Shown: positions 25,621 to 39,450 of the stretch, piece after piece | Position numbering within the stretch: the first letter of the stretch is position 1 | Layout of the letters: each line of letters opens with the position of its first letter | Assembly (NCBI RefSeq): GCF_036321535.1 | Contig: NC_087437.1 | Span: 6,076,001 to 6,140,000 of the forward strand | Length of the DNA: 64,000 nucleotides | Source: Camelus dromedarius | Lineage: Eukaryota | Direction: 5' to 3' | The notes under the pieces: model-generated | What the model was told of the DNA's origin: nothing | The model's database searches: none | The model's input: only the letters and a program-made list of their open reading frames with translations | Made by a program: the position numbers and the translations under genes

Positions 25621-25757
25621 CTACATAGGAATAATTTCATGGTTTCATGTGTAAGAATAACATTCAAATCCATGACAATTTCTGTATTTTTATTAAGTAT
25701 GCATAGCAAAACTTCAAGAGTAACCACTATAAGAGCAGAATTATAGTGTTTAACTTT

Positions 25758-26055
25758 CAAACAGAAACAGAGGACAAACTACTGGTTACCAGGGGGAAAA
25801 GGGGGTGGGGAGAGACAAACTGGGAGTTTGGGATTTATAGATACTAATTACTATATATAAAATAGCTAAACAACAAGGTCCTACTGTATAGCACAGGGAA
25901 TTACATTCAGTGTCTTGTAGTGGCCTATGGTGGGGAAGAATATGAAAAGGAATATATATACACACATATACACCACACATATATATCTGAATCACTATGC
26001 TGTGCACCAGAAATTAACACAACATTGTAAATCAACTATACTTCAATTAAAAAAA
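25758..26055 (+). mobile_element. Second L1 3'UTR fragment, part of the compound insertion
   Basis: aaacagaaacag...tggttaccagggggaaaagggggtgggg...aactatacttcaattaaaaaaa. Confidence 0.9.
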
Positions 26056-26439
26056 TGCAGATCATTCCAAATCAACGTTTATAGAAATACCTTATCCTTT
26101 TTTATGGTTGCAAGTATTCCACTAAGTAGATGAATCATGATGTAACCATTCCTTTCTTTGTGAGACATTTAGATTTCTCCTTTTGTTACACATGATACTG
26201 CACTGATTATCTTTGTATAGGTCTCTGTGCTTGTAAGTGTATCCTGGAAAGAAGCTGACTGCTTACTTCATGTTATCTCAACACTTTGGTTTGATTTTGG
26301 GCTGTTTTTAAAAGTGTATGTATATATATATTCTTTTTTGGTGGGGCAGAGGGAAGCAATGATTTTGGACTGTCTGAATGCAAAAAGCCACACTGAGTAA
26401 CCTCAAGGAAAAAAGGAGTGATTTGGGAACACAGTAAAA

Positions 26440-26603
26440 CAGTGGTTTTCAAAGTGTGGTCCCTGGACCAGTAGCATCAACATCACCTAGGAATTTGTTC
26501 AAACTGCAACTTCCCCACCTATATCTATTAAACCAGAAATTTAGACAGAATTTGAACAAGCCCTCTGGGGGATCTGATGCAAGCTCAAGTTTGAGGGCCC
26601 CTA
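26440..26603. mobile_element. MER5A
   Basis: cagtggttttcaaagtgtggtccctggaccagtagcatcaacatcacct...ctcaagtttgag. Confidence 0.85.
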
Positions 26604-27164
26604 CTTTAAGTGTTACATAGCAGAATACAGTCCTAGGCCAAAAGCTTCTAGGGACCAGGGAAGTTTTAGTGACCCCTAACTCTCAGGCTACAGGTAAGTC
26701 TCTTTTCCCAGGCAGAAATTTTATTGTAATATTGTCAATTTACCAACCTTTTTTCTTTACAGTTTACAGGTTTTTGAACATTTCAAATAAGAATATAAGA
26801 ATAATAATTTAATTCTAGTTTGGTTTATATCACTGATATAACTGGAATTTATTTTGGTGCAAAACTATAGATGTAGTCTCAAGGTTTACCAAACAGCTAG
26901 TTAGTTCTAAAAACTGCGTTAGTGAACGATTCACTATTTCCCTACTAATCTGAAATTCTACTTTTACCTTATAGTAAACTCCCATAATGTATTGAGGGTG
27001 GTCCCGTATGTATTGACTATTTTACCAACTGGTCTACCTATTTACATGCCAATTCCAAACTGTTCTATATGGCATCTTTACAACACAGTTTAACAGTGGG
27101 TGGGGCTAATGACACTTTTATCCCAGAACATTCCTGGCTATACTTGTAATTAAAATTTTTATTT

Positions 27165-27450
27165 ATGTTTGTTTTTTAAATTGATATATAATTGACATAA
27201 CATTACGTTAGTTTCAGGTGTACAATGTAATGACTTGGTACTTGAATGTATTGCAGGATGATCACCGTGGTAAGTCTAGTTAATATCTGTCACCATATAG
27301 TTAGAATTTTTTCCTTGTGATGAGAACTTTCAAGATCTACTCTCCCATCTACTTTTAAGTATGCAATACAGTATTATTAACTATAATCACCATGCTGTAC
27401 CTTACATTCCCATGAGTTTTTCATTTTATAACTGGAAATTAGCACCTTTT
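27165..27450 (-). mobile_element. L1MA9-like 3' end inside an older antisense L1ME/L1M5 remnant (~26070-28510)
   Basis: aattgacataacattacgttagtttcaggtgtaca...ttgtgatgagaactttcaagatctactctc...caccatgctgtac. Confidence 0.8.
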
Positions 27451-28529
27451 GTAACTTATTTTTAATTTTACATGTATATTTCATATTTTTCTATGTTACT
27501 GCTTTAACTTTGTAAACTAAGCCAAAAATGTTTATTATTTATTCCCCTGCAAAGAAACAGTTTCTACATATATTAGCTGTGGCTTTATGTTTTCTTACTA
27601 GTTTGTAACTTTTAGTTTTAATTTCTTCATTTTGTTTTCTTTAGATTTATTTTGCTGATATTTTCCGTACTACATAAGGAGAATGTGTGATTCACATATT
27701 TTTATTCCTTTTTGCTTAGTAGTTTAAGAGTATCAGGCTAAGAACTTCTAAGAGTATTGTTTCAGTAAAAAATCACTAAGTTCTGATCAATCTACTTTAA
27801 TTATCCTTATTTCCTAGAAATTATGCAAGTTCAGTGTTGATTTCCTTTTAGTACAAGAGTAAAGACAGATTTAATATTTTCAGTGATAGGTTTGTCGGGG
27901 GATTTTTTTCTATTTTTGTTACTAATTTCAAGTTTGGCTGCCAAAGAAAACAACTTGTACCATTTCTACTATGTACAACTTATGGAAGCTTTTCTTTGTG
28001 GCTACTTTGAAAATAAACATTCTATGGATACATTCATACCACTGCCTGTTTCTGGTACAGAGACTGACATACATCACTTAGGTCTAACTTATGAAATGTG
28101 AATAGTTAGCTTCTTTGCAACCTTACTTCAAAGTGAGCTGGCCTGATTTACCACGAATGTGGAGAGGTACAAGTCATTTATTCCTACTGTATTTCTATGT
28201 ACTTCTCCGATATTTCCTGCAGCTGTTACAGAAAAAATTGCTTTTTTTTTCTTGGGGTGGGGAGGGTGTACAATGATTAAAGAAAGCTCTTCATTGTGAA
28301 TTATAAACTTTTTCACTATAAAATGTTCTCACTTATCTCATTCAATGCAATTTGCTTTAAATTCCTTTTGTCTGATATGAATATTATTATACTCATTTTC
28401 ATTTGCTTGTCCTAGTATGCCTGTGTAAATTGTTTTATTTTCAATCTGTTTCAGTTTCCTTTGCTTTAGAGGTGATTTTCTTAGAGAAGAGTTGCTTTTA
28501 TTCTATTTTTTAAAATACACTTCCCTTTC

Positions 28530-31500
28530 AGACTGATGGAAGAGCTGATATGACACATAAACTGGATAAAATATACAAGACATGCAGACATTGGAAAAGG
28601 CAGTGCAGCACTGTAATCCCTGATAAAAGGGGGAAGAAACCCAAGGGAAACTCTATACCTGGTTTCCTGGTCGCAAGTACTTTTGAGAAACACGAGGCCA
28701 CACGCACTGGGCTTGCTGGGCTGAGAAGACAGAGAGGCTGAGGGGTGTCTGCAGGATGCGTTATCTTTAAAGGAGGAAGTTACCCAGAGAGAGAACTCAG
28801 GAGGGGCACAGGGGGCCTCCTTAACTTTCCCCCTGAGTACTAAGGTGTGCATGGGTAGAGTAAGACTCCAGCAGGCTCAGCAAAGAAAAACTACCAAAGA
28901 AAGGGCTCCTATTAGGGAGTGTACACATTGCAAGAAGGTTTTAAAAGACTGGAAAACATCCACGTTCTGACTAGACAGAGAGATTGGTGAGACTGGTGTA
29001 CACATGGGGAATCCAGAAGAATCTGGCCCTTAGGTGGAGGATACATTAAAACCACACTTAAAACAAAAGTATAAAACCAAGGTTCAAAAAGATCAAGAGG
29101 ATCAAAAAGTAATTTAACAAACCGCCAAAAGTAAACTCAACATTCCTTTAAAGGAAGGCCACAAAATTCAGAAATTCAACAACATAACATTCATATTATG
29201 CGGCATTTAAAAAACATACATTTGAAAAAACAGGAAAATGTGACACAACTAAACAGACCAGAAAGGAATAGTACCAATTTTACACAAACTCTTCCTAAAA
29301 ATATGGAAGAAGCAGAAACACATATTGAAGCCAGCATTATCAAGTTAGGAAGCCAAACAAAGACACTATGAGAAAAATGCCGAGCAGTGCCCACCCTGAA
29401 GGTAAGTACAGAAATCCTTAACAAAATATTAGCAAGTCATATCTAGACAGATACAAGAGGCACAGAGATTAGAAAGGAAGAAATAAAATCTGAAACTGTG
29501 GAAGACATAATTTTCTATAAAGTTCCAAACAATATACAAAAAATTACTTAAACTAGTAACTTTAGAAAGGATACAGAATGTAAGGCCAATATACCAAAAT
29601 CAATTATATTTTTACATACTAGGAATGAATAACTAGAAATTGAAATGGAAAGAATCAGCATCTTTAAAGAGCACCCCAAATCATAAAATATTTAGGAATG
29701 AATATAATAAGTGTAATGCTTATAAGCTGAAAACTACCAAAAAATAATGAAAGAAATTAACAAAGACCTAAATAAGTGAAAAGATACACTCTGTTTATTG
29801 GCTACAAGAGTCAATATTATAAGATGTCTATTTTCCTGAAGTTGATTTTATAGATTTAGTGTAACCATAATCAAAATCCCAGCAAAATTTCCTGTAACAT
29901 TACAAGCTGGTTCTAAAATTAGAATTAGTATAAAGGTACAGGAATCAAGAAACATCTACATCAAGAGAATAGCATAGAGAGTTTGGAAACAGATTTACAC
30001 ATAAATGGTCAAGAGACTTTTCCTACAGATATTAAGGAAAGTCAATGATGAAAAGACAATCTTTTCACAAATGGTGTTGAAATAATTGCATCTCCACTAC
30101 AAAACACTTAACCATAGAATATATCTCACATTATACACAAAAATTAACTTAAAATGGGTAACAGACCTAAAGGCAAGAACTGAAAACTGTTTTGAAAACA
30201 GGTAAGAGGACATTTTGTGATACTGATGTATGCAAAGATTTCTTAGGATATAGAAAACTCTAATTATCAAACAAAAAAGTGATAAGTTGAACTTTATCAA
30301 AATTAAAAATGTCTCTTTGAAAGACACTGTTAAGAAAATGAAAACATGAGAAAATATTTACAAAATATCTATGTGAAAAAGGATTTATTTTTGAATATGC
30401 AAATAATTCTCATGACTCAACGCTAATAAATACCTCAGTTTTTTAAAATGCATGGGATGTGAACAAACACTTTACCAAAGAAGAGAAGTGAATAACAAAC
30501 AAATGTATGAAAAACTGCTCAACATGATTAATAATGAGGGAAATGCAAATTACAAACACAATGAGGCACAATGAGGCATCTTAAACTCACAAGACTGGCT
30601 TTTAAAAACACGTCAAAACCAAAAGGTTACAAGGATACAATTGAAATTCTCATAAACTACTGGTGGGTATGCAAAAAGGAACACTCGTTTTGGAAAGCAC
30701 TTTGAAAACCACTTGGCAGCTTGTTATAAGATTAAACATATGTTTACCAAACAGACCAGCGTCCATTTCCTTAGTATTTATCCAAGAGGATCAAAAATTA
30801 TGTTCATATGAACAGTTACATCTAAGTATGTATAGTGGTTTTTTTTCATAACTGTTCCAAACTGGAAAAACCCAAATGTCCTTAAAGTGATATAAGGATA
30901 AAAAAAAAAAAAAAAGTGGGACACCCAAACGTTGCAATACTACTCTAATAAAAAGCAATGAGCTACTGAAAAAAGCAACAATACAGATGAACATTAAATG
31001 ATAGTATTTTGATAAGTGAAAGAAACCAGACTTAGTGATTCTATTTATATGATATTCTAGAAAAGGGAAAACTTTAGAGACAGACTGAACATATCAGTGA
31101 TTGCAGGGACTGGGGTTTAGTGGGGGAATGACAACAAAGGAGCACGAGAGAAATTTTTGAATTGAAGGATCATTTTTATGTACTGACTGCAGTGCAGATG
31201 TATGTTTTTGTCAAACTATACTTCAAAAAATTTGACTAAAAAGAAGATAGATATAAGAAAACAGTCAAAAAGACACTGAATGATAAACAAAACCCAAAAG
31301 GTCAGTCAGTAAGTAGATAAAGAACTGAAAAAAAAAAAAAAAAAAAAAAACCACCCAGTTAGTATTACAAAAATAAGTGGGAAAAAATGGTGAAATAGAT
31401 AAATTCTGTGTGACTGTACTCATTTCCTAGAGCACTAGAAATGTAACATTTAAGGATGCAATTTGAGGAACACTAAATAATTTCATGGAAATATACACAA

Positions 31501-31800
31501 AAATATACTTGATAGAAGCAGGGGGAAATTTATCTCAATACTCAAGACAGATAAAGAAAAAAGCTGAAATAACTAATCCAAGACAGCAGAGCTTGTTCCG
31601 TCTAGGTAGGGACATTGGAGGGAAAGAAATGGCAAGGTCACTACCATGGTGGTGGTAATTCAAATTCCAGATCCTCAGTATTACTGTACTATTTACCTCC
31701 CAGAATTCTCCAATGGCTGTCTCATTCATTCTGAAAAGGTTTTGTAGCTGCATTCAGTGGGAGAGACAGAGTAGAGTGTTGTCACTCCATCTTACCCAGA
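28530..31800 (+). mobile_element. Old fragmented L1M4/L1MD-type element
   Basis: A-rich sense ORF2 remnants (ccttaacaaaatattagcaa; aaagacctaaataagtgaaaagatac; gggaaatgcaaatt) and a 3'UTR-like region. Confidence 0.75.
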
Positions 31801-31829
31801 AACAGAATCACTCTACCTGAATATTATGA

Positions 31830-32090
31830 AAAGTCATCTCAAACTGAAAATATCCAACATTAAACTCCTAATCCTCTCACTGCTTTTCCCAACTCAACAA
31901 ATAGCAACTCGACACTTCTAGTTGCTCGGGGACCAAAAAACTTGGAATCTTCCTTTATTTCTTTTTCTCTCATACCCCATATTTAGTCCATCAGCAAATC
32001 CTTTGAGTTTTATCTTTGAAACATATTTATCATCTGACCTTTTGTCACCGACTTTACACTTATCACCACCACCATCTTCTACCTTCATTA
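31830..32090 (+). mobile_element. L2 fragment
   Basis: catctcaaactgaaaatatccaa...cttctagttgctc...aaacttggaatc...catcagcaaatcct. Confidence 0.75.
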
Positions 32091-32139
32091 ACTGAAATTT
32101 ATTTAGTTTTTAAAATTAGTCTTTCATTTAGTGAAAAAA

Positions 32140-33126
32140 TATTTGAGGGCCTAGAGGAGCTCCTAAATATATAAAGTATACTTTAACAAACATATTTGAA
32201 AAGAAATTGAAAGTTACACAGTAGTAGAGGACTTTAACACCCCACTTACATCAATGGACAGATCACCCAGACAGAAAATCAGTAAGGAAACACTGGCCTT
32301 AAATGATACATTAGACTAGATGGACTTAGTATAGAACATTCCACCCCAAAGCAGCAGAATATACATTCTTTTCAAGTGACCATGGAACATTCTCCAGGAT
32401 AGATCAAATGCTAGGCCACAAAACAGGTCTCAATAAATTTAAGGAGACTGAAATCAGATCAAGTATTTTATCTGATCACAATGTTATGAGACTAGAAATC
32501 AACTATAAGAAAAACAAAAAAACAAAAAACACACCAACACCAAAAGGTGGAGGCTAAATAATATGCTACTAAACAACCAATGGGTCACTGAAGAAATCAA
32601 ATGAAAAGGAAACACGGTTATACAAAATCTAAGGAATGCAGCAAAAGCAGTTCTAAGAAGGAAGTTTTTAGCAATACAAGTTTACCTCAGGAAACAGGAA
32701 AAATCTCAAATAAACAACCTAACCTTACACTTAAAGGAACTAGAAAAAGAAGAACAAACAAAAACCAAAGCTAGTAGAAGGAAAGAAATCATAAAATTCA
32801 GAGCAGAAATAAATGAAATAGATAGAGACTTGAAAAATAGATAAGATCAGTGAAATTAAGAGCTGGTTCTTTGAAAAGATAAACAAAAGAAATACACTTT
32901 TAGCTAGACTCATCAAGAAAAGAAAGAGAGGACCCAACTATAAAATCAGAAATAAAAAAGAAGTTACAACTGATACCACAGAAACAGACAGGATAAGAGA
33001 TTATTACATTATATGCCAATAAAATGGACAACCTAGAAGAAATGGATATATTCCTAGAAATACCCCAAGACTGAACCGGAAGAAACAGAAAATATGAACA
33101 GACCAATTACCAGAAATTAAACTGAA

Positions 33127-33159
<33 letters not shown>

Positions 33160-35800
33160 AACCTGTAACAAACAAAAGTCCAAGGCCAGATGGCTTCAGA
33201 GATGAATTGTATCAAATATTTTAGGAAGAATTAAAGCCTATCTATCTCAGATATATCAAAAAACGGAAGAGGAATAAATGCTCTGGAACTCATTTTATAA
33301 GGCTAGCATCACCCTGATACCAAAACCAGAGAAAGATAACACAAAAAAGAAAATTAAAGGCCAATATCACTCATGAACATAGGTGTAAAAGTCCTCAACA
33401 AATATATGCAAGTCAATGCAAGACTACACCAAAAGGATCATACACCATGATCTAGTGGGATTTATCCAAAGGGTGCAAGAATGGTTCAGTATCCACAAAT
33501 CATTCAATGTGATACATCACATTAACAAAATGAAGAATAAAAATCACATGATCATCTCAATAGATGAGGAAAAAGCTTTTGACAAAAATTAACATCCATT
33601 TATGATAAAACCCCTCAAACAGGTGGGTATAGAAGGAACACAACGTCAACATAATAAAGACCATATATGACAAACCTTCAGCCAAAATCTTACTCAACAG
33701 TGAAAAGCTGAAAGCATTTCCTCTAAGATCAGGAACAAGACAAGGATGCCCACTAATGTGTTTTATTCAACAAAGTATTGGAAGTCCTACCCATGGCAAT
33801 CAGAAAAGAAAAAGAAATAAAAGGCATCCAAATTAGAAAGGAAGAAATAAAACTGTCACTGTTTGCAGACGACATGATACTATACACAGAAAATCCTAAA
33901 CATGCCACCAAAAAACTATTAGAATAAGTGAATTCAGTTAAGTTGCAAGAAAAATTAAGATTCAGAGATCTATTGTGTTTCTATACACTAACAATGAACT
34001 ATCAGAAAGAGACATGAAGAAAACAATCCCATGTAGAGCTGCATCAAAAAGAATAAAATACCTAGGAATAAATTTAACCAAGGAAGTGGAAGATCTGTAC
34101 TTGGAAAACTGTAAGACACTGATGTAAGAAATCAAAGATGACACAAACAGATGGAAAGATACACTGTGTTCATGGATTGGAAGAATTAATATTGTTAAAA
34201 TGACCACACTACCCGAGGCAATCTACAGATTCAGTACAATCCCTATTAAGGCCAATGACATTTTTCAGAGAACTAGAACAAAAATTCTAAAATTTTCATG
34301 GAAACACAAAAGACCCCAAATAAGCAAAACAATCTTGATGAAGAAGCACAAAGCTATCACGTGCCCTGACTTCAAACTATACTACAAAGCTACAGTACTC
34401 AAAACAGTATGGTGCTGGCACAAATACAGACACACAGATCAATGGGACAGGACAGAGAGCCCAGAAATGAACCTACACTTATACAGGCAATTAATCTATT
34501 AATTGACAAGGGAGGCAAGAATATATAATGGGGAAAAGGACAGCCCCTTCAGTAAATTGTGTTGGGAAAACTGGACAACAACATGCAAAAGAATCAAACT
34601 AGACTACCCACAGCATATGCAAAAGCAAACTCAAAATGGATTAATGAGTTACATGTAAGGCCTGGAACCATAAAGCTTCTAGAAGAAAACATAGGCAGTA
34701 TGCTTCTTCACATCAGTCTTGGCAATGTTTTTAGATTTGTCTCTTTAGGCAAGGGAAATAAAAGCAAAAATAAAATGGGACTACCTCAAACTAAAAAGCT
34801 TTTGTACAGTGAAGGCAACTTTTCCTAAAATGAAAAAATGGAAAAATGGCCTACCGAATGGGAGAAGATATTTGCAAATGATATAACTGATGAGGGGTTA
34901 ATCCAAAATATACAAAGAACTCATAAAACTCAACATAGAGAAAAACTCAACCTGAATGAAAAATGAACAGAGGACCTGAACAGACACTTTTCCAAAGAAG
35001 ACATACAGAGGGCAACAAGCACATGAAAAAATGTTCAGTATCCCTACTTGTCAGGGAAATGTGAATCACAACCACAATGAGGTATCACCTCACACCTGTC
35101 AGAAGGGCTATTATTAAAAAAGACAATAAATAACAAGCACTGGCGAGGGTGTGAAGAAAACAAAACCCTTGTGCACTGCTGGTGGGAATGGAAAGTTGTG
35201 CAGCCACTATGGAAAGCAGTATGAAGGTTCCTCAAATAATTATACATAGAACTACCATACAATCCAGAAAATCCACTTTTGGGTATTTATCTGAAGAAAA
35301 TAAGAACACTAATTCAAAATGATACATGCATCTCAATGTTCATAGCAGCACTGTTTACAATAGCGAAGACATGGAAGCAACCTAAGTGTCCAACGACAGA
35401 TGACTGGATAAAGATTTGGTATATGTGTACAATGGACTATTACTCGGGCATAAAAAAGAATCAAATATTGCCCTCTACGACAACAGCGATGGACCTAGAG
35501 GGTATTATGCCAAGGGAAAGACAGAGCAAGACAAATACCATATGATCTCACTTATATGTGAAATCTAAAAAGCAAAACAAATGAACAATCATAACAAAAG
35601 AGAAACAGTCACAGATACAGAGCACAAACAAATGGTTGCTAGGGAGGGGACGGGGTCGAAGAGTGAAACAGGTGAAGGAAATTAAGAGGGACAAACTTCC
35701 AGTTACAAGATAAATGAGTCATGGGGATGAAATGTATAGTATGGAAAATGTAGTCAATAATACTGTGATATACTTGTATGGTAACACATGGTAACCAGGA
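32140..35800 (+). mobile_element. Large dead L1: most of ORF2 (endonuclease C-terminus, reverse transcriptase, cysteine-rich tail) plus partial 3'UTR, with many stops and frameshifts
   Basis: RT motif FADDMILY (tttgcagacgacatgatactatac, from 33862), gactttaacaccccactt endonuclease motif, and ORFs 34200-34502 and 35279-35545 are ORF2 fragments. Confidence 0.97.
33127..33159 (+). repeat. (TC)n(AC)n microsatellite inside L1 ORF2
   Basis: Read directly from the sequence. Confidence 0.95.
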
Positions 35801-36660
35801 CTAGGAAGGAGAAACAGGAAGTAGCTGGGGAGGGATTGATGCTCAAGGTAGGTATTTCGTGTTTGTTGCTTATGCCTTCAGACAAGAGTGATGACAGCCT
35901 GTTCAAATGCTAATACTAACACAGCAGAGGGGGACTTACCGTAGCAGTGGTACCGAATGGATATAAGTGCAGGAACAAATTTTTTGTGTAGGAGACAGAG
36001 GGACCCAGAGCCTGAGTGGAGAGATAAGGATCAGTCTGGGAGGGGAGCAGGGAGAGATGAAGAGAGACCGCAAGATATGCTTGTGGGAATAAAGAGAAGT
36101 TCCCTTCTAGGTTCTCAGTGAAATGAGGAGCCAGAGCTTGAGGAGATGGGGAGGAGGGGTGGCTGGAGAGGTGACAGGTGGTTAAGAAGACAGGAAGCAC
36201 AGGGCGGCTGCTGGGCAGTGCTGAGGGCCCACTTGAAGCTCCAGAAAGTGAGTTCAGTAGGCATGGGTTGTTTTTTTTTTTTTCCCCTGCCACACTGAGT
36301 TGCTTACTTACAGGTACAGGTGGGGTTTGAGTTTTGCTAGTCATGTGACACAGAGGGACGAAGGAAGAAGGGTGTTGTGAGCACACCCAAGGGAGAAATT
36401 AAAATGAGGGAGTGGAGAAGGGGCTGGGGAACAGAGGATGTTAGTGTCATAAAGGATGATGGAAAAGCAGTGGCAGTGGGGGAAAGAGCTGGGAGTCAGG
36501 CTGGAGTTGGGAGATGTGAAGACGGAAGGGGTGAGAACAAGCCAGGGGGGAGCATGTGTGAGATGGAGCTCTTCCAGGTGGTACAGTAACTGGAAGTAGA
36601 GAGATCACTGACATGACCACGAGAGTCGGAATCTGGAGGTCAGGAGGCAGAGACGACATG
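35800..36660 (-). mobile_element. Degenerate L2 internal fragment
   Basis: Purine-rich antisense-L2 texture (ttctcagtgaaatgaggag...ctgagggcccacttgaag...gagatcactga). Confidence 0.55.
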
Positions 36661-36769
36661 TTTCATAAAGGATGCCGTGACTTCATGAGCCACCAGGAAG
36701 GCTCATCTAAGTCAGCTTTAGAAACTCAGACTCATGCTAATTTCCTGGAGTACTTACAGACTTGGGTGA

Positions 36770-36950
36770 TTAATAGAGGAGCTAACATTTGTTGCTTTGG
36801 ATACTTTACATGCCATTTTCTTTTATCCTTACATCAATTCTGGAAGGTGATCACTCTGTCTCCATTTTAGATATGAAGCGGTGGCAGAGCTATGGAAAGG
36901 CTGGGGTCAGGATTAGAACCTAGAACAGCCCGACCATAAAACCAGAGGTT
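36770..36950 (-). mobile_element. MIR SINE
   Basis: agctaacattt...ctccattttagatatgaa...caggattagaacctag. Confidence 0.65.
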
Positions 36951-38734
36951 CTCTCCATTTCTTCATTGGTGCCTTTAAACAAAGCCTAATTCTCCTTAAA
37001 CATAACCTCATTTACAACAGGAAATACACCTTTCTTGTTCTAAGATGATGGGGTCTGGTCTTCCATTTCAGGATCTACTAAATCAAACACTGAGGCCTTG
37101 GTAAGTCAGCTTTTGTTATCAATCTCTATATAAACGGTCTTCATATTTCGATAGAATTGTACCAAAAGGATTCAGGACAAGGGAGAATTTTCCTTATTTT
37201 TCCTTTGACTATCTCAAGTTCTTCTGAGTCTGATAGTAAAATGGGTAATTGGAGCTGATAGTTTTCTTTACGCCTTCCAAAGTGATCTGACTTTGTGTAT
37301 TTAAAAAGCAAATACTTCATTCAATTTTAGAGGAAAAAAATCCACAGATAAAGCACAGATAAGCCAGTCAGCTTAGAATAATACTAAAACCTTTATAAAA
37401 TTAATTATCCATGTACCTTTTTAATCAAAATAAGATGATAGAGATTTGAACTTGGTCTAAGACTCTGAGTCTGAGTACATATACCCAAAAGATAAGAAAA
37501 GCAATTATTTCTTAAAAGATCACTTTGAAAATGGTAAATATTAATTTGGTTAATTATTTTAATGGATTGTATTGCTAAACATATCTTGGCAAGTCATGGT
37601 CTTATCTGACAAGGGGCCTTCAGTAAGTTTTTTCCCATCAAAAAAAAAAAAGTAAGAATCAAATATGGCTGTTACTTGAAGTACAGATAAGTATTAACAG
37701 GATACGTAAGGGCAGAAGATCACAATATGCGTATTTTATAGGTGACAGCTCTGATATTTACATAGTGCTAAGACCTTTGCCCTGACCCACTCACTATCTT
37801 TCTGGGGGTCAGGGCAGCTGTGCAATGAATGACTGTAGACTGTAATGAGAAGGACCCATCTAAGATTCTACCTAGCAGAACCACAACTTCCAGACTGAGA
37901 AATACAGAAAGCCATTCCTTAGTAATAATTGCTCTACTTTTTCTATCAGCAAAAAGTTTTATGAATGCCCACTTGTACACTTAACTGTTTTACATTCTGC
38001 AGAACACAAATTAAATAGGCATGGATCCTACCCGCTAAAGGAAAGAATCTACGTGATCCAGTTTGAATTTTAAAGAATATCAAATTATGCAGGATGGATT
38101 TCAGCTCCTTTGTTGGAGAATTTCAGTAATAATTTTCCTTAAAGACAAAAAGGGTTGAGGTGCTATCTAGACAGAAGAAACAAAATGCATATTCATACTT
38201 ACTGGAAATCTTCTTTTGACACAATGAGCTTCTAAGAAGAGTTTTATAAACTGCTAATAAGATGCCCAAATAAGTGTTGCAACAAAATAAGGCTCATGCT
38301 GACTTCTTATTTTCTATGCCTTTATCCCTGCGCTGCTCAACAGTATAATATTTACTGACAGAGGTTACTTCCCATCTTCACCGAGCTTCAACAACAGATA
38401 GCCACCATTTTTCAAAGCTGAAAAGGTGTCAGGCATGGGCCTAATGGGGTATATCCGTTAACATATTTAATCCCTTGAACAGTCAAGTAAAGTATTATTA
38501 TTCTCATTTTACATTTCAGAAAACCATTTTGTAATGAATTTATATTACTTGCCAACCATAGTAAGATATAGAGAGGGGAGACTCAAGGCTAGATAAAGCA
38601 TGTGGACTTAGCCCCTATGTAAGTGCTTTACAATGATATGAGCAGTAAGTCCAGAAAACAGGGGAAAGAATTTAGAAACAGGAAAGCTGTGTGCTTCCAT
38701 AATTGTTAAAAAAAAATCAATTATACTATGTTAC

Positions 38735-39203
38735 TTAATCAGTAAAGGTTGCATTTGGTTGCAAGTAAGAAGGAAACTCAACAGTGTCTTAGATATGAGA
38801 TTTCTTTTTGTCTCATGTTAGAAATGGCTGAAGTCTGTGATTGCTAGCTTTGGTTCTACAGCTTAAAGATGTCAGGGCTGAGATTTCTGAAATTCTCCTG
38901 GGCATCCGCTCAGAGATGTAAAATGCGTGCTGCATCTACAGCCGCCACAGAGGAAGGAAAGAGAAAGTGCTAAGAGAAGGGGTGGGGCCTATGCCAGGAA
39001 AGCAAATCTCTGACCTAACTCCTCACCCGCTGACTGGAGATGAAACGTAGTTGGTCAGAACTGCGTCACACTGCACACCTGAGGGTGGGTAGAATGTCAT
39101 TCCACAGACAACAACAAAAATCCAACAGACTCTAAATCAAACTTATTTTAGTAAGGAAGAAAAGGTGAATGGATATTAGTGGGTAAAAAGCACTGTCTGC
39201 CAC
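38735..39203 (-). mobile_element. MLT1J/K-like MaLR LTR
   Basis: gcatttggttgcaagtaa...ttggtcagaactgcgtcac...aaggaagaaaaggtgaatggatattag...tgtctgccaca. Confidence 0.75.
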
Positions 39204-39450
39204 ATTTAACAGGAAAATAATTTGGTATAGTTGAGTTCCATGACAGATGATGTACATCCCATACAAATAATTTTGTTACAAGAGAAAACATATTTTACTT
39301 TTTTTTGTCTTGAAGTACAGAGAAGGTGATCGCCTACCAGGAATCTATTCTGGCCTCAGTCCTTCCTAAACGAACTTGATTGAGCACAGCCAGGCACGCC
39401 TCTCCAACGTTTTTCACAAGAAAGTCGACAGCATGCCTTGGCCTGGTGGT

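Noticed and set aside
32140..35545. Reverse transcriptase/endonuclease ORF fragments as a novel RT system
   Set aside because: Ordinary dead LINE-1 ORF2 with many stops and frameshifts, and no associated non-coding array or partner gene.
35916..36386. 156-aa S/P/L-rich minus-strand ORF
   Set aside because: Translation of pyrimidine-rich decayed L2-like sequence.
38195..38245. Possible ~29-nt micro-exon with CA|GTAAGT donor
   Set aside because: Short pyrimidine tract and no match to the TBC1D5 peptide. I cannot support it.
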